Shown in pieces: positions 36,951 through 49,412 of a stretch of 64,000 nt of DNA. Every line of letters starts with the position of its first letter. Within the stretch, counting starts at the first letter, position 1. The position numbers and the translations under genes are program-made. Source of the stretch: Eledone cirrhosa (lineage: Eukaryota); NCBI GenBank assembly GCA_964016885.1, contig OZ024762.1:1178001-1242000 (forward strand), given 5' to 3'. The notes beneath the pieces are model-generated. The model did not search any database and was not told where the DNA came from. It saw only the letters and a list, made by a program, of their open reading frames with translations.

Positions 36951-37095
36951 TCTACACACTGTAACTATACACACACACACTCATGTGAGAGGTGTTAGGA
37001 TGTTGGAGGTGTTTAGAGGGTAACACTACTAGATGTATGGCTTCTACCTGTAAATTGGTGTAAATTGCAATTAAAGGTGTTTGTTGGTGTTTCAG

Positions 37096-37244
37096 CTTTC
37101 AAGATTCTGCAGTTTTCTCCGTCTCAAATCCTCCAAGAAGGAGACAGGCTCCACTTATGGTGCCATGCTGCAAATAATGTCTCTCAAGTGTTGTATAGAT
37201 GGTTCAAAGATGGCCAACTGGTTTCTAACTCAAAGGATCATATT
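37096..37244 (+). CDS. MALT1: MALT1-like exon 6 (Ig-B first half)
   Basis: FKILQFSPSQILQEGDRLHLWCHA...YRWFKDGQLV; 149 nt, phases 1/0. Confidence 0.9.
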
Positions 37245-37737
37245 GTAAGTAGAAATATATGTCACAACTTATCACCATCATCTTCACCTTCACCAGCACC
37301 ATCATCATCATCACCAGCACCAACATCATCATCATCACCAACATCATCACCATCACTGTCACCACCACCACCACCTTCACCATCATCATCATCACCACCA
37401 CCATCACCATCATCATCATCAACAACATCACCACCATTTGAGGCAATATTGGTCGGGAGATCGTGTCTCAACCTTACAGAAGTGTCCCTGACAGGTTTTC
37501 TACGGCTGGAGGCCCTTCCTAACACCGACCACACCACATTACAGTGTGGCAGACTGGGTAACACACCATTGTAACATATATTATTTACAATTTACGTGTT
37601 GGCAGGTCTCTCTGGAAATAGGGTTTGGGTGGGGGGGGGGGGGGCACTGAGGGTATTATGAAGCTGTGACGAATGGAGAGATGCTGTGCTGAAAATGACC
37701 CGTCCCACCCTTGAAAGCAGGGAAAAGCGGGCATAAA

Positions 37738-37777
<40 letters not shown>

Positions 37778-37969
37778 GGATGAGGGAGGAGCGGTGGTGG
37801 CTCGAAAAGTTTCAGTACCTCTGCCTTACCACAACTGAACAGTCCTATCGACAACCAGTTTACAGAGTGTACTGGGTGCATTTTTCTTGGCATCAACGCT
37901 AGGGAAGGAATATTAGGGCTTTTGCTGTTCTGTACCAATTAATATTTGATTTCTTTTTTTTTTTTCCAG

Positions 37970-38072
37970 AAAGAGAAAGTTTCCATTCAAGACTCTGGTA
38001 TATATTTGTGTGAAGTGATCGGCAATCAAGGCGCTATACACAGTGAGAAAATAACTATAAATGTTTCACAAA
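37970..38072 (+). CDS. MALT1: MALT1-like exon 7 (Ig-B second half)
   Basis: KEKVSIQDSGIYLCEVIGNQGAIHSEKITINVSQ; 103 nt, donor GTGAGT. Confidence 0.9.
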
Positions 38073-38369
38073 GTGAGTTTTATTAGTACTCAATAATCTT
38101 TCAATTTTGGTTTTATTAACTTTGTTGTATATCATTTAACCCTTTATTAAACTGGTCGTAACCGACCAGAATTCTCTCACCCCTTTCTGATCAAACCTGT
38201 CATATCCGGCCAGAATTTTCTCACCCCTTTCTGATCAAACTGGCCATAAACGGCTGCTCATACTGATGTTAAGGTATTGTTCGCAAAATGAATAATAGCA
38301 AAATCTCATAGCTTCGATATTATGTGAGAATATAATAGTAAATATAGAGTACTATAAATGTTACGAGAT

Positions 38370-39032
38370 ATCATGTGAGATATTATGTGAGGTAAAGCCT
38401 TTACTGTGAAAATACAATAGTATATATAGAGTAATGTAAATGTTATGTGAGATATTATGTGAGGTAAAGCCTTTACTGTGAAACTACAATAGTATATATA
38501 GAGTAATGTAAATGTTATGTGAGATATTAGGTGAGGTAAAGCCTTTACTGTGAAACTACAATAGTATATATAGAGTAATGTAAATGTTATGTGAGATATT
38601 AGGTGAGGTAAAGCCTTTACTGTGAAAATACAATAGTATATATAGAGTAATGTAAATGTTATGTGAGATATTATGTGAGGTAAAGCCTTTACTGTGAAAC
38701 TACAATAGTATATATAGAGTAATGTAAATGTTATGTGAGATATTATGTGAGGTAAAGCCTTTACTGTGAAACTACAATAGTATATATAGAGTAATGTAAA
38801 TGTTATGTGAGATATTAGGTGAGGTAAAGCCTTTACTGTGAAAATACAATAGTATATATAGAGTAATGTAAATGTTATGTGAGATATTATGTGAGGTAAA
38901 GCCTTTACTGTGATAATACAATAGTATATATAGAGTAATGTAAATGTTATGTGAGATATTATGTGAGGTAAAGCCTTTACTGTGAAAATACAATAGTATA
39001 TATAGAGTAATGTAAATGTTATGTGAGATATT
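38370..39032. repeat. 72-bp minisatellite inside a MITE
   Basis: About 9 tandem units of GTGAGATATTATGTGAGGTAAAGCCTTTACTGTGAAAATACAATAG...; similar arrays at 42155-42610 and 26341-26580 (60-bp unit). Confidence 0.9.
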
Positions 39033-39049
39033 ATAATAATAATAATGAA

Positions 39050-39600
39050 ATTATTGTGTAAAGTGCTCAGGTGCACTACGACTCGTCAATATAGTACATA
39101 GAATAATACACAAATGCCAGGGAAGTACATGTTTGTATGTGTTAGCTGTAGTGTTGGCGGATCTCGGGAAGCATGGAGGCCTTAAAGGATGCAGTGTCTC
39201 GACAGCTAACAACTGATGCAGGTAGTTTGTTCCATGCTTCAGCAACTCTGAGCGTGAAAAAATGTTTCCGAAAGTCATGGGAACTGTGCTGTTTTCTTAC
39301 TTTGTGGGCATGTCCACGTGTGGTAGACACATGGAAATCGAAAAGGCACTCAGGGTTGTTGTTGGCAACATGGTTAACAATTTTGTGGGTGTTTACCAAG
39401 TCAGTTGCCAGGCGTCGGAGCTTCAATGAATCCATGCCCAGGGAAGCAAGGCGCTCAGAGTATGGTAGATGCCTGATGGAGGGTATTCGCTTGGTTGCAC
39501 GTCTCTGAACAGTTTCCAGGCGGTCAATGTCCTGAGCAAGATAGGGGTTCCAGACTGGTGATGCAAATTCTAAGTGTGGTCGCACCATAGCTGTATACAG
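39050..39600 (-). mobile_element. CR1/L2-clade LINE 3' fragment (RT C-terminus)
   Basis: LYTAMVRPHLEFASPVWNPY...QRRATK...YSERLASLG...TRGH...FFTLRVAEAWNKLP. Confidence 0.85.
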
Positions 39601-39730
39601 ATTGTTGTGACAATGTATGCAATTTATGTAATTTATACAATTTTTGCAGTTTATATGAGATAGAGTCATTAAACACTTATCCATTTATCTTTTATTTTTC
39701 TTTAATTTTTTACCCATGTCATTGTTACAG

Positions 39731-39862
39731 ATACACTTGAGATAGTAACCCAGCCAAGGTTCTCAATGGTCCAGTTAGATGGTGTTGCTTTATTTCTGTG
39801 TGAAGCGAAAGGTCCTTCTGAGATTCAGTACCAGTGGTATAAGGACAACATCATTCTTCCAA
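39731..39862 (+). CDS. MALT1: MALT1-like exon 8 (Ig-C first half)
   Basis: TLEIVTQPRFSMVQLDGVALFLCEAKGPSEIQYQWYKDNIILP; 132 nt, phases 1/1. Confidence 0.9.
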
Positions 39863-40775
39863 GTAAGGATAACTTTTACTTTGTTTTTTATTGCCATTAT
39901 TCCTTTGTATTTTTGTTGTTATTTAAACATTCTTTTCTCAAAGACTGGCATCATCATCATCACCATTTAACGTCCATTCTTCTACACTAGCATGGGTTAG
40001 ATGGGTTGTCCTGTTGTGGGGCAATACTAGGTCAGGTGACCATGTCTTGCACATACAGAACTGATTTTGGCTTGGTTTTTACAGCTGGATGCCTTTCAAA
40101 ATGCCAACCTCATTTACAGTGTGGACTGGGTGCTTTTTGTCGTGACACCTACATGACCACTTTACAGTGTGGACTGGGTGCTTTTTGTCGTGACACCTAC
40201 ATGACCACTTTACAGTGTGGATTGGGTGTTTTTTTATTTAGTTCAAACAGTACACTCTTTCTGTCAAAGTGGTTGGCATGAGGAATGGCATCTGGCTCCC
40301 CTCAGCCACCATAACACCATAATTCACTATACACACTCAGCACTTGTGCTCAACCACTCATGTACAACCACTCATGCTGAACCACTCAAGCTCAGCCAAC
40401 CATGCACAACCACTCATGCTCAAGCAAAATATGGAATGTATGAGCAGTCTATATAATTTATGTGATGTATGCAGTCCATATAATTTATGGAATGTAAGCA
40501 GTCGATATAATTCATGTGATGTATGCAGTCAATATAATTTACATAAGTTTATGTAATCTATGCAGTCTATATAATTTATGTGATGTATGTAGTCTATATA
40601 ATTCATATGATATATACAGTCTATATAATTTACATAAGTTTATGTAATCTATGCAGTCTATATAATTTATATGATGTATGTAGTCTATATAATTCATATG
40701 ATATATACAGTCTATATAATTTACATAAGTTTATGTAATCTATGTAGTTTAAACTAACTTTGTTTAAATGTTCAG

Positions 40776-40922
40776 ATGAAACGAAACCTGAACTGAAAAT
40801 CCATGTGACATGTGACAGTTTCCGTGGCACTTACTTCTGTGTTGTGTCATGTCAAAACATGAAACGGGCCTCAGACTTTGCTCATCTTCAGATCAAGGCT
40901 TTTCCTTCAAATAAATATGTAG
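40776..40922 (+). CDS. MALT1: MALT1-like exon 9 (Ig-C second half)
   Basis: ETKPELKIHVTCDSFRGTYFCVVSCQNMKRASDFAHLQI; 147 nt, donor GTAAGT. Confidence 0.9.
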
Positions 40923-41130
40923 GTAAGTGTCATTTAAGGGGGAGACTTCTTTGACTCTCTCTCTCTATCTCTCTCTCTTGCTCTCTCTCTCATATATATA
41001 TATAGATGTGTGTGTACATATATATGTGTGTGTGTGTGTTTATATATGTGTGTGTGTATATATATGTGTATGTATATATATGTGTGTGTATATATATATG
41101 TGTGTGTATATATATGTGCGTGTATATATA

Positions 41131-41165
<35 letters not shown>

Positions 41166-41170
41166 GCATA

Positions 41171-41219
<49 letters not shown>

Positions 41220-41299
41220 GCATATATATATATGTATATATGCATATATATACACACATGTATATATACACACACACACATATATATATATGCATATAT

Positions 41300-41334
<35 letters not shown>

Positions 41335-41339
41335 TATAT

Positions 41340-41370
<31 letters not shown>

Positions 41371-41586
41371 CACACACATATATATATACACACATATATA
41401 TACACACACATATTATACACACACACATATATATATATATACATACATATATATTATACACAAACACACACATATATATACATACATACATATATATATA
41501 TATTTATATATGTGTGTGTTTATATATTTAAAGAAACTGTTTCTATTCAGTTTAATTTTTAAATTGTTTCTCCTGTCTGCCATCAG

Positions 41587-41974
41587 CCACTGACAAGATT
41601 GCTCTCCTGATCGGCAACGAGGATTACAGAAGCGAAAGAAAATTAAAAGCAGCCCGAAACGATGTGAAATTACTTGCGGACATTTTCCAGAGACTTGGTT
41701 TCAAAGTCCTCTCCCTTTTAAACCTGACATTAACCGAGATGAAGATGGCTGTGTACCATTTTGTGGAGCTCCTTAATAACGGAGTATATGGCGTGTTTTA
41801 CTACGCAGGACATGGCTTTGAAATAAGTGGAGACCCGTATTCGTATCTGTTGCCTGTCGATGCACCAAATGGGGCTGACATAAATGTCTGTCTCTCGGCT
41901 CAGAAAGTTCAGCAGTTAATGTTGGAAAGAAATCCTTCATTGTGTTGTTTAATTCTTGATATTTGTCGAACTAT
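41587..41974 (+). CDS. MALT1: MALT1-like exon 10 (paracaspase catalytic domain)
   Basis: [14 protein letters not shown]...FYYAGHGFE (catalytic His)...YLLPVDAP...LILDICR (catalytic Cys); 388 nt. Confidence 0.96.
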
Positions 41975-42671
41975 GTAAGTTGAAGAAGATTCTGGTAACC
42001 CATTTTGTTTTTTTAACCCTTTAGCATTTAAACTGGCCGTATCTGGCCAGAATTCTCTCACCCCTTTCTCTTCAAACTGGCCACAACCGGCTGCTCATAT
42101 TTATGTTAAGGTATTGTTCTCAAAATAAATAATATCAAAATCTCATAGATTCGATATTATGTGAGGTAAAGCCTTTATTGTGAAAATACAATAGTATATA
42201 TAGAGTAATGTAAATGTTATGTGAGATATTATGTGAGGTAAAGCCTTTACTGTGAAAATACAATAGTATATATAGAGTAATGTAAATGTTATGTGAGGTA
42301 AAGCCTTTACTGTGAAAATACAATAGTATATATAGAGTAATGTAAATGTTATGTGAGATATTATGTGAGGTAAAGCCTTTACTGTGAAAATACAATAGTA
42401 TATATAGAGTAATGTAAATGTTATGTGAGATATTATGTGAGGTAAAGCCTTTACTGTGAAAATACAATAGTATATATAGAGTAATGTAAATGTTATGTGA
42501 GATATTATGTGAGGTAAAGCCTTTACTGTGAACATACAATAGTATATATAGAGTAATGTAAATGTTATGTGAGATATTATGTAAGGTAAAGCCTTTACTG
42601 TGAACATACATAACACTTCTCAGTAAATATAGAGTAACAAAGGGTTGTCTTTCTTCCTTACACTATTTCAG

Positions 42672-42746
42672 CTATGAAGACTCCAAGTACTATAGTCCTC
42701 CAATACCTACGAGAGCTAACACCACTTCAGTCTATATGTATGCCAC
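42672..42746 (+). CDS. MALT1: MALT1-like exon 11
   Basis: YEDSKYYSPPIPTRANTTSVYMYAT; 75 nt, phases 2/2. Confidence 0.88.
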
Positions 42747-42838
42747 GTAAGTGTACACTTACAGTGTGTTTTACACTTACACACTACACCACATCACACT
42801 ACACTGCACCACAGCACACTACACCACACTACACCACA

Positions 42839-43550
42839 CCACGCCACGCCACGCCACGCCACGCCACGCCACGCCACGCCACGCCACGCCACGCCACGCC
42901 ACGCCACGCCACGCCACGCCACGCCACGCCACGCCACGCCACGCCACGCCACGCCACGCCACGCCACGCCACGCCACGCCACGCCACGCCACGCCACGCC
43001 ACGCCACGCCACGCCACGCCACGCCACGCCACGCCACGCCACGCCACGCCACGCCACGCCACGCCACGCCACGCCACGCCACGCCACGCCACGCCACGCC
43101 ACGCCACGCCACGCCACGCCACGCCACGCCACGCCACGCCACGCCACGCCACGCCACGCCACGCCACGCCACGCCACGCCACGCCACGCCACGCCACGCC
43201 ACGCCACGCCACGCCACGCCACGCCACGCCACGCCACGCCACGCCACGCCACGCCACGCCACGCCACGCCACGCCACGCCACGCCACGCCACGCCACGCC
43301 ACGCCACGCCACGCCACGCCACGCCACGCCACGCCACGCCACGCCACGCCACGCCACGCCACGCCACGCCACGCCACGCCACGCCACGCCACGCCACGCC
43401 ACGCCACGCCACGCCACGCCACGCCACGCCACGCCACGCCACGCCACGCCACGCCACGCCACGCCACGCCACGCCACGCCACGCCACGCCACGCCACGCC
43501 ACGCCACGCCACGCCACGCCACGCCACGCCACGCCACGCCACGCCACGCC
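42839..43550. repeat. (ACGCC)n pentanucleotide microsatellite
   Basis: About 140 perfect units flanked by ACACC/ACACT variants, filling MALT1 intron 11. Confidence 0.97.
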
Positions 43551-43633
43551 ACACCACACCACACCACACTACACCGCACTGCACTGCACCGCCCTACCCT
43601 ACCCTACCCTACACTGTCTTATCTTATGTACAG

Positions 43634-43755
43634 GTCCCGGGGCCAGAGTGCCTTTGAGCCCCTCAATGGTGGAATGGGTAACTTTGTCCAGACTCTCAAG
43701 AAATATTTGGATTCTACCGAAAGTATAGAAATAATGTTTGGCAACGTACGACAAG
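43634..43755 (+). CDS. MALT1: MALT1-like exon 12
   Basis: SRGQSAFEPLNGGMGNFVQTLKKYL...; carries the conserved AFE motif; 122 nt. Confidence 0.9.
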
Positions 43756-43802
43756 GTAAGAGAGACAGTTTTTACTTTACAATAACAACAACAATAATAA
43801 TA

Positions 43803-44065
43803 AAAATGCCTTCTAACTGATGTATCAATCCCCACAGATGACAATATATCTTCCAAGGAAATAGAGAAACTCTCCAAATATAAAGATCTAGAGATAGAAA
43901 TAACTTGAATGTGGAAAATGAAAACAGAAACAATAGCTATAATAATAGGAGCTCTGGGGATGATAAAAAAACACAGACAAATCATCATCATCATCATCAT
44001 ACATAACCAAAACCCCAGGACTTACAAATATAGACGGCATACAAAAGATAGTACTACTAGGTACT
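43803..44065 (+). mobile_element. R2/R4-type non-LTR element restriction-like endonuclease remnant
   Basis: KCLLTDVSIPTDDNISSKEIEKLSKYKDLEIEIT*MWKMKTETIAIIIGALG, with an in-frame stop. Confidence 0.75.
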
Positions 44066-44908
44066 GTATATATATTATATAGAGTACCCCAGGACTTACA
44101 AATATATGCAACATACAGAAGATAGCACTACTAGGTACTGTATATATATTACATAGAGTACCCCAGGACTTACAAATATATACAACATACAAAAGACAGC
44201 AGTACAAGGTACTGTGTGTGTATATATATATATAATAGTAATAATAATAAATGTGAAGACTAAAATCCGAAGAGGGTTCGATAAGGATAAATATATATCG
44301 AATATATAAGAACCGTAGAGCAAATATTTATTAAAATAACAGATTAAAGTTTAAGCAAAGAATCGCTGCTTTCACCCTTAACGGGATCTTCTGAAACTAA
44401 AAAAATCAATCTGTGAACGCAGAAGTAAATATTTCGAAAAATATAGTATACAGTTCTATAACTGCTATAGATCAGGTCTGATAGTATACAGTTCTATAAC
44501 TGCTATAGATCAGGTCTGATAGTATACAGTTCTATAACTGCTATAGATCAGGCCTGATAGTATACAGTTATATAACTGCTAATATCAGACAATATGTCAA
44601 TATTATCAACTCTCCAAAACAATGATATGAATAGGTAAAATAATTTGACTTTGTTGTTTTTATTTTCATTGTTAAATTAACATCGTATGTCAGACTCTGT
44701 ATCTAAGGAATTAACTCAGTGGAACCCGGAACCTTTCTATGGATTTCACTGGGTTACTCGCTGAGTTCTATCTACGGTACAGACCCTACCACCAAGGGTA
44801 GACCACACTGAAAAAAAAAAAAATATATATATATGAAGTATTTCCATCAGAAGGGGAAAGGAGAGTGCTCTATGTAAGCTACAGAGCTATTTAGTTATGT
44901 AATAAACA

Positions 44909-44964
44909 TCATTCTGATGAGTGATTTCAGACATCTCTGTCTTCGTGAAACCTTTGGTAAATGG
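44909..44964 (+). ncRNA. Type I hammerhead ribozyme, intact core (MALT1 intron 12, sense)
   Basis: TCATT/AATGG; CTGATGA 44914-44920; stem II GTGA..AGAC/GTCT.TCGT; GAAA 44947-44950; CC-TTT-GG; UA. Confidence 0.7.
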
Positions 44965-45038
44965 AATAATTGTCTTATGTTGTTTATTACATAAATATAT
45001 ATATATATAGCTAAATAATGTTTTCTTGTTTGTTTTAG

Positions 45039-45209
45039 AACTTGCTAAATCAAGTGAAAGTAAAGATCTTGAGAAGAGCAACAGTCACCAGAATCCGGAG
45101 CTCCACAGTAATTTAGCCAAGTTTGATATTTCATTGGCAGACAGAATAGATTCAACTAATCACACCAAAGAATACAATGAAAGGAACATGTTGTGGGTAC
45201 AAGCAAACA
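45039..45209 (+). CDS. MALT1: MALT1-like exon 13
   Basis: ...QNPELHSNLAKFDISLADRI...ERNMLWVQAN; 171 nt, donor GTGAGT. Confidence 0.9.
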
Positions 45210-45410
45210 GTGAGTAAACTAGGGAACATGTTGTGGGTACAAACAAACAGTGAGTAAACTAGGGAACATGTTGTGGGTACAAGCAAACAGTGAGTAAACT
45301 AGGGAACATGTTGTGGGTACAAGCAAACAGTGAGTAAACTAGGGAACATGTGGGTTCAAGCAGTGAGTAGTCCAGGGTACATGCTGCAGGTACAAACAGT
45401 GAGTAAACCA
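45181..45410 (+). repeat. 40-bp tandem repeat spanning the MALT1 exon 13 donor
   Basis: AGGGAACATGTTGTGGGTACAAGCAAACAGTGAGTAAACT x4 plus 2 degenerate units. Confidence 0.9.
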
Positions 45411-45757
45411 GGGACTTTTGCAGAGAAATTTCCAAGGAATTCACTACAAAACAGTCCATTTCTCTCTCTCTCTCTCTCTGTCTTTGTTGGGTAAAATGAG
45501 AGGACAGGTTGTGTTCCTTCAATGAGATCAGATGGGAGATAGTAGTACCCAACTCACTCACTAAACTGTACAAACTCTGCCCACATAACAAACTGACAAG
45601 TCAGCTACCCAGAAGCAGCCCACCCGACTGACAACAATGGACTACGATCGCTTCTGAGTCAAAAACAAAAAAAAAACAGTTTTTTCATTCTCTGTTTTTT
45701 CCTCCTTAAAGCCTCTTGGAATGAGTTTACCATCATTCCTATAGTATATAACTATTA

Positions 45758-45828
45758 TGCAATATACACCTGATGATGTCACCAGGTTCATACGTAACCT
45801 GCCCACTGAAATGTGTATAGTGTTTGCA
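45758..45828 (+). ncRNA. Type I hammerhead ribozyme, intact core (MALT1 intron 13, sense)
   Basis: Bulged stem I TGCAA(TAT)ACAC/GTGTTTGCA; CTGATGA 45770-45776; AGGTT/AACCT in an imperfect stem II; GAAA 45808-45811; TGTGTA; UA; AATAAA follows. Confidence 0.65.
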
Positions 45829-46510
45829 GTAATAAACATTTGAAGTAATACAACCAGTCCGGCCTCCTCTCATTTTTACCCTATAATATGATATTTAACT
45901 CCATTCCCGCACCACCAACAAGATTCAACATCAAAAATGGAGCAGATGTATAACGTTGAGTGCTTTCCTGATATTACATCATGGTTAACATTGAAGAATG
46001 ACCAATTCTACTCAGTGGTGAACCACCAAATTTAAGCGTATATATATATATATATATGACACAACAGTCCACACTGTAAGGTGGCCATGTAGGAGACACG
46101 GTGGAAAGGCTCCCAGTCGACACTGTAAATGTGGTTGGTGTTAGGAAGGGCATCCAGCTGTAAAAAAAACCTGCCAGAGACGCTTCCGTGTTAGCAAGAC
46201 ATGCTCTCCCGACCATTCCTGCATCAAATGGAACAAAACCGACTAACCAATGCTAGCGTGGAAGATGGACGTTAAACGATGATGATGATATATATATATA
46301 TATATAGTTAATAAATGAAACTAAACAAAAAAAAACACAGGAATACGAAAATACACAGTTATATTTGTTTCACACTTGGGGTAAGTGGATGAGGGTTCAA
46401 TGTTTCAGACAGAAGTCCTTCATCGGGAGGAAGGATGGGGTGAGTGAGGAGGGGTTGAGAGGTTGAACAGAGGCAAATAAAATAAATATCTATGTTTTGT
46501 TTCTCTCCAG

Positions 46511-46668
46511 AGTTACAGAAGACAATGTACCTGGATATTAAGGAGTTCCAGGCCAAGCTAAAAGTGGAATTTTCTGCTCCGTTTTCTAACGTGATGTCTA
46601 TTACGGTAACTGTTGTCGACTCTGGAATTGTCCCCAACTGCTACGCATGGATAGCAAATATACCATCG
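46511..46668 (+). CDS. MALT1: MALT1-like exon 14 (C-terminal Ig)
   Basis: LKVEFSAPFSNVMSI (FSNVM motif); 158 nt. Confidence 0.9.
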
Positions 46669-47337
46669 GTGAGTTAACATCATCATCATCACCACCACCA
46701 TTACCACTACTACCACTACCACCACCACCACTACTATCACTACCACCACTACTACCACCACCACTACCACCACCACCACTACTATCACTACTATCACTAC
46801 CACCACTACTACCACCACCACTACCACCACCACTACTACTATCACTACCACCACTACTATCACTACCACCACTACTACCACCACCACTACTACTACCACT
46901 ACCACCATCACCACCACTACTACCACCACCACCATCACCACCACCACCACCACCACTACCACTACCACCACTACTACCACCACCACCACCATCACTACTA
47001 CCACCACTACCATTACCACCACTACTACCATTACTACCACCACCACCACCACCACCACCATCACTACTACCACCACTACCATTACCACCACCACTACCAC
47101 TACCACCACTACTACCACCACCACCACCACCACTACTACCACCACTACCACCACTACTACCCTACTACCACCACTACCACCACTACCATTACCACCACCA
47201 CTACCACTACTACCACCACCACCACCACTACTACCACCACTACCACTACCACCACCACCACTACTACCACCACTACCACCACTACCACTACTACCACCAC
47301 CACCACTGTGATGTAACAATTGTTGTTTCTGTTGTAG

Positions 47338-47421
47338 ACTTTGACGGCTGATAAAGCCCAGGTGTTACAAGATGACAAGAAAAGAATCAAAACTGACATC
47401 CGTGACCTACAGAAATTACAG
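47338..47421 (+). CDS. MALT1: MALT1-like exon 15
   Basis: TLTADKAQVLQDDKKRIKTDIRDLQKLQ (LQKL motif); 84 nt, phases 0/0. Confidence 0.88.
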
Positions 47422-47522
47422 GTATTCTCCTTGTCATCATTGTTGTTGTTGTTGTTGTTATGTCTACTTTACCATAGGTTGTCATGGGTTCGTGTCGCAT
47501 TTACTGTTAGCCTTAGGTGTGG

Positions 47523-48340
47523 TTAACCCTTTAACCGGCTGAAACTGGCTGTAACTGGCTGTAACTGGCCACTCATACTGATGTTAACCCTTTAACTGGC
47601 TGTAACTGGCCACTCATACTGATGTTAACCCTTTAACCGGCTGTAACTGGCCACTCATACTGATGTTAACCCTTTAACTGGCTGTAACTGGCCACTCATA
47701 CTGATGTTAACCCTTTAACTGGCTGTAACTGGCTGTAACTGGCCACTCATACTGATGTTAACCCTTTAACCGGCTGTAACTGGCTGTAACTGGCCACTCA
47801 TACTGATGTTAACCCTTTAACTGGCTGTAACTGGCCACTCATACTGATGTTAACCCTTTAACCGGCTGTAACTGGCCACTCATACTGATGTTAACCCTTT
47901 AACCGGCTGTAACTGGCCACTCATACTGATGTTAACCCTTTAACTGGCTGTAACTGGCCACTCATACTGATGTTAACCCTTTAACCGGCTGTAACTGGCC
48001 ACTCATACTGATGTTAACCCTTTAACTGGCTGTAACTGGCTGTAACTGGCCACTCATACTGATGTTAACCCTTTAACTGGCTGTAACTGGCCACTCATAC
48101 TGATGTTAACCCTTTAACCGGCTGTAACTGGCTGTAACTGGCCACTCATACTGATGTTAACCCTTTAACTGGCTGTAACTGGCCACTCATACTGATGTTA
48201 ACCCTTTAACCGGCTGTAACTGGCCACTCATACTGATGTTAACCCTTTAACTGGCTGTAACTGGCTGTAACTGGCCACTCATACTGATGTTAACCCTTTA
48301 ACTGGCTGTAACTGGCCACTCATACTGATGTTAAGGTATT
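47523..48340. repeat. 37/47-bp tandem array derived from the MITE 5' end
   Basis: (TTAACCCTTTAACYGGCTGTAACTGGCCACTCATACTGATG)n with variable 10-bp duplication. Confidence 0.9.
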
Positions 48341-48597
48341 GTTTCCACCCCTGGACAGGACACCAGTACATCGCAGGGTTAAACCCCCAGCTATTACTGG
48401 TACTCATTTCCAGCTGAGTATACTGGAGCAATGTGAAATGAAGTGTCTTGCTCAAGAACACAACATAACACACAACCAGGTTTTGGAATTGAACCCTATA
48501 ACTATTATACTCACAGACCCTCCCCCCATTGTTAATTGAATTTTACTTATTTATTTATTTATTTATTCATTATTATTATTTTTTTTCCTTTTTGTAG

Positions 48598-48765
48598 GAT
48601 TCAATGCAGGTACAGATTCGGTTTAATTACACAGATGCCGGGGGTAGAGAGAGGTGCAAGCTGGAGAATTTAGACTTTGGCTTTCCGTTAGTTGCTAACC
48701 TTCATTTGTGGCACTTATCTACCCCCATGTTGGAAGTGGAGTATATTAAAAAGAAGAGGGAATGA
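48598..48765 (+). CDS. MALT1: MALT1-like exon 16 (terminal)
   Basis: [11 protein letters not shown]...[14 protein letters not shown]...KKKRE*. Summed CDS 2301 nt = 766 aa. Confidence 0.88.
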   Translation, partial: DSMQVQIRFNYTDAGGRERCKLENLDFGFPLVANLHLWHLSTPMLEVEYIKKKRE

Positions 48766-48828
48766 ATATATATGTATGTATATCAGATATATATATATAT
48801 ACACACATATATATATATATATATATCT

Positions 48829-48866
<38 letters not shown>

Positions 48867-48870
48867 TATA

Positions 48871-48966
<96 letters not shown>

Positions 48967-48974
48967 GATATATC

Positions 48975-49162
<188 letters not shown>

Positions 49163-49216
49163 AATATATATATATTTATATATATACATACATACACACA
49201 CACACACATATATATC

Positions 49217-49319
<103 letters not shown>

Positions 49320-49412
49320 TTAGATACAACAGTGACATAAACAGGTAGTTAAGTTTCGTTGGGTTCTGGACCCCAATTCATTCAGTTCTCCGGTGGACAT
49401 CTTTATTTTTAT

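Noticed and set aside
35762-36998. 360-400 aa YIHYI-rich ORFs, and similar ones at 40.9-41.6, 48.7-49.3, 54-55.9 and 57.5-63.2 kb
   Set aside because: Stop-free simple repeats (TA, CA, TATATACAC); no coding signal apart from embedded exons.
38370-39032. Regularly spaced repeats resembling a CRISPR array (also 47523-48340 and 32541-32779)
   Set aside because: Head-to-tail units without unique spacers, eukaryotic context, no cas genes.
42674-43728. Long ORFs of (RHATP)n / (AWRGV)n
   Set aside because: Translations of the (ACGCC)n microsatellite. The real exons are 42672-42746 and 43634-43755 in other frames.
46670-47310. Proline/His/Val-rich ORFs (also 34036-34245 and 51080-51435)
   Set aside because: (CCA/CTA)n trinucleotide repeats in intronic or intergenic DNA.
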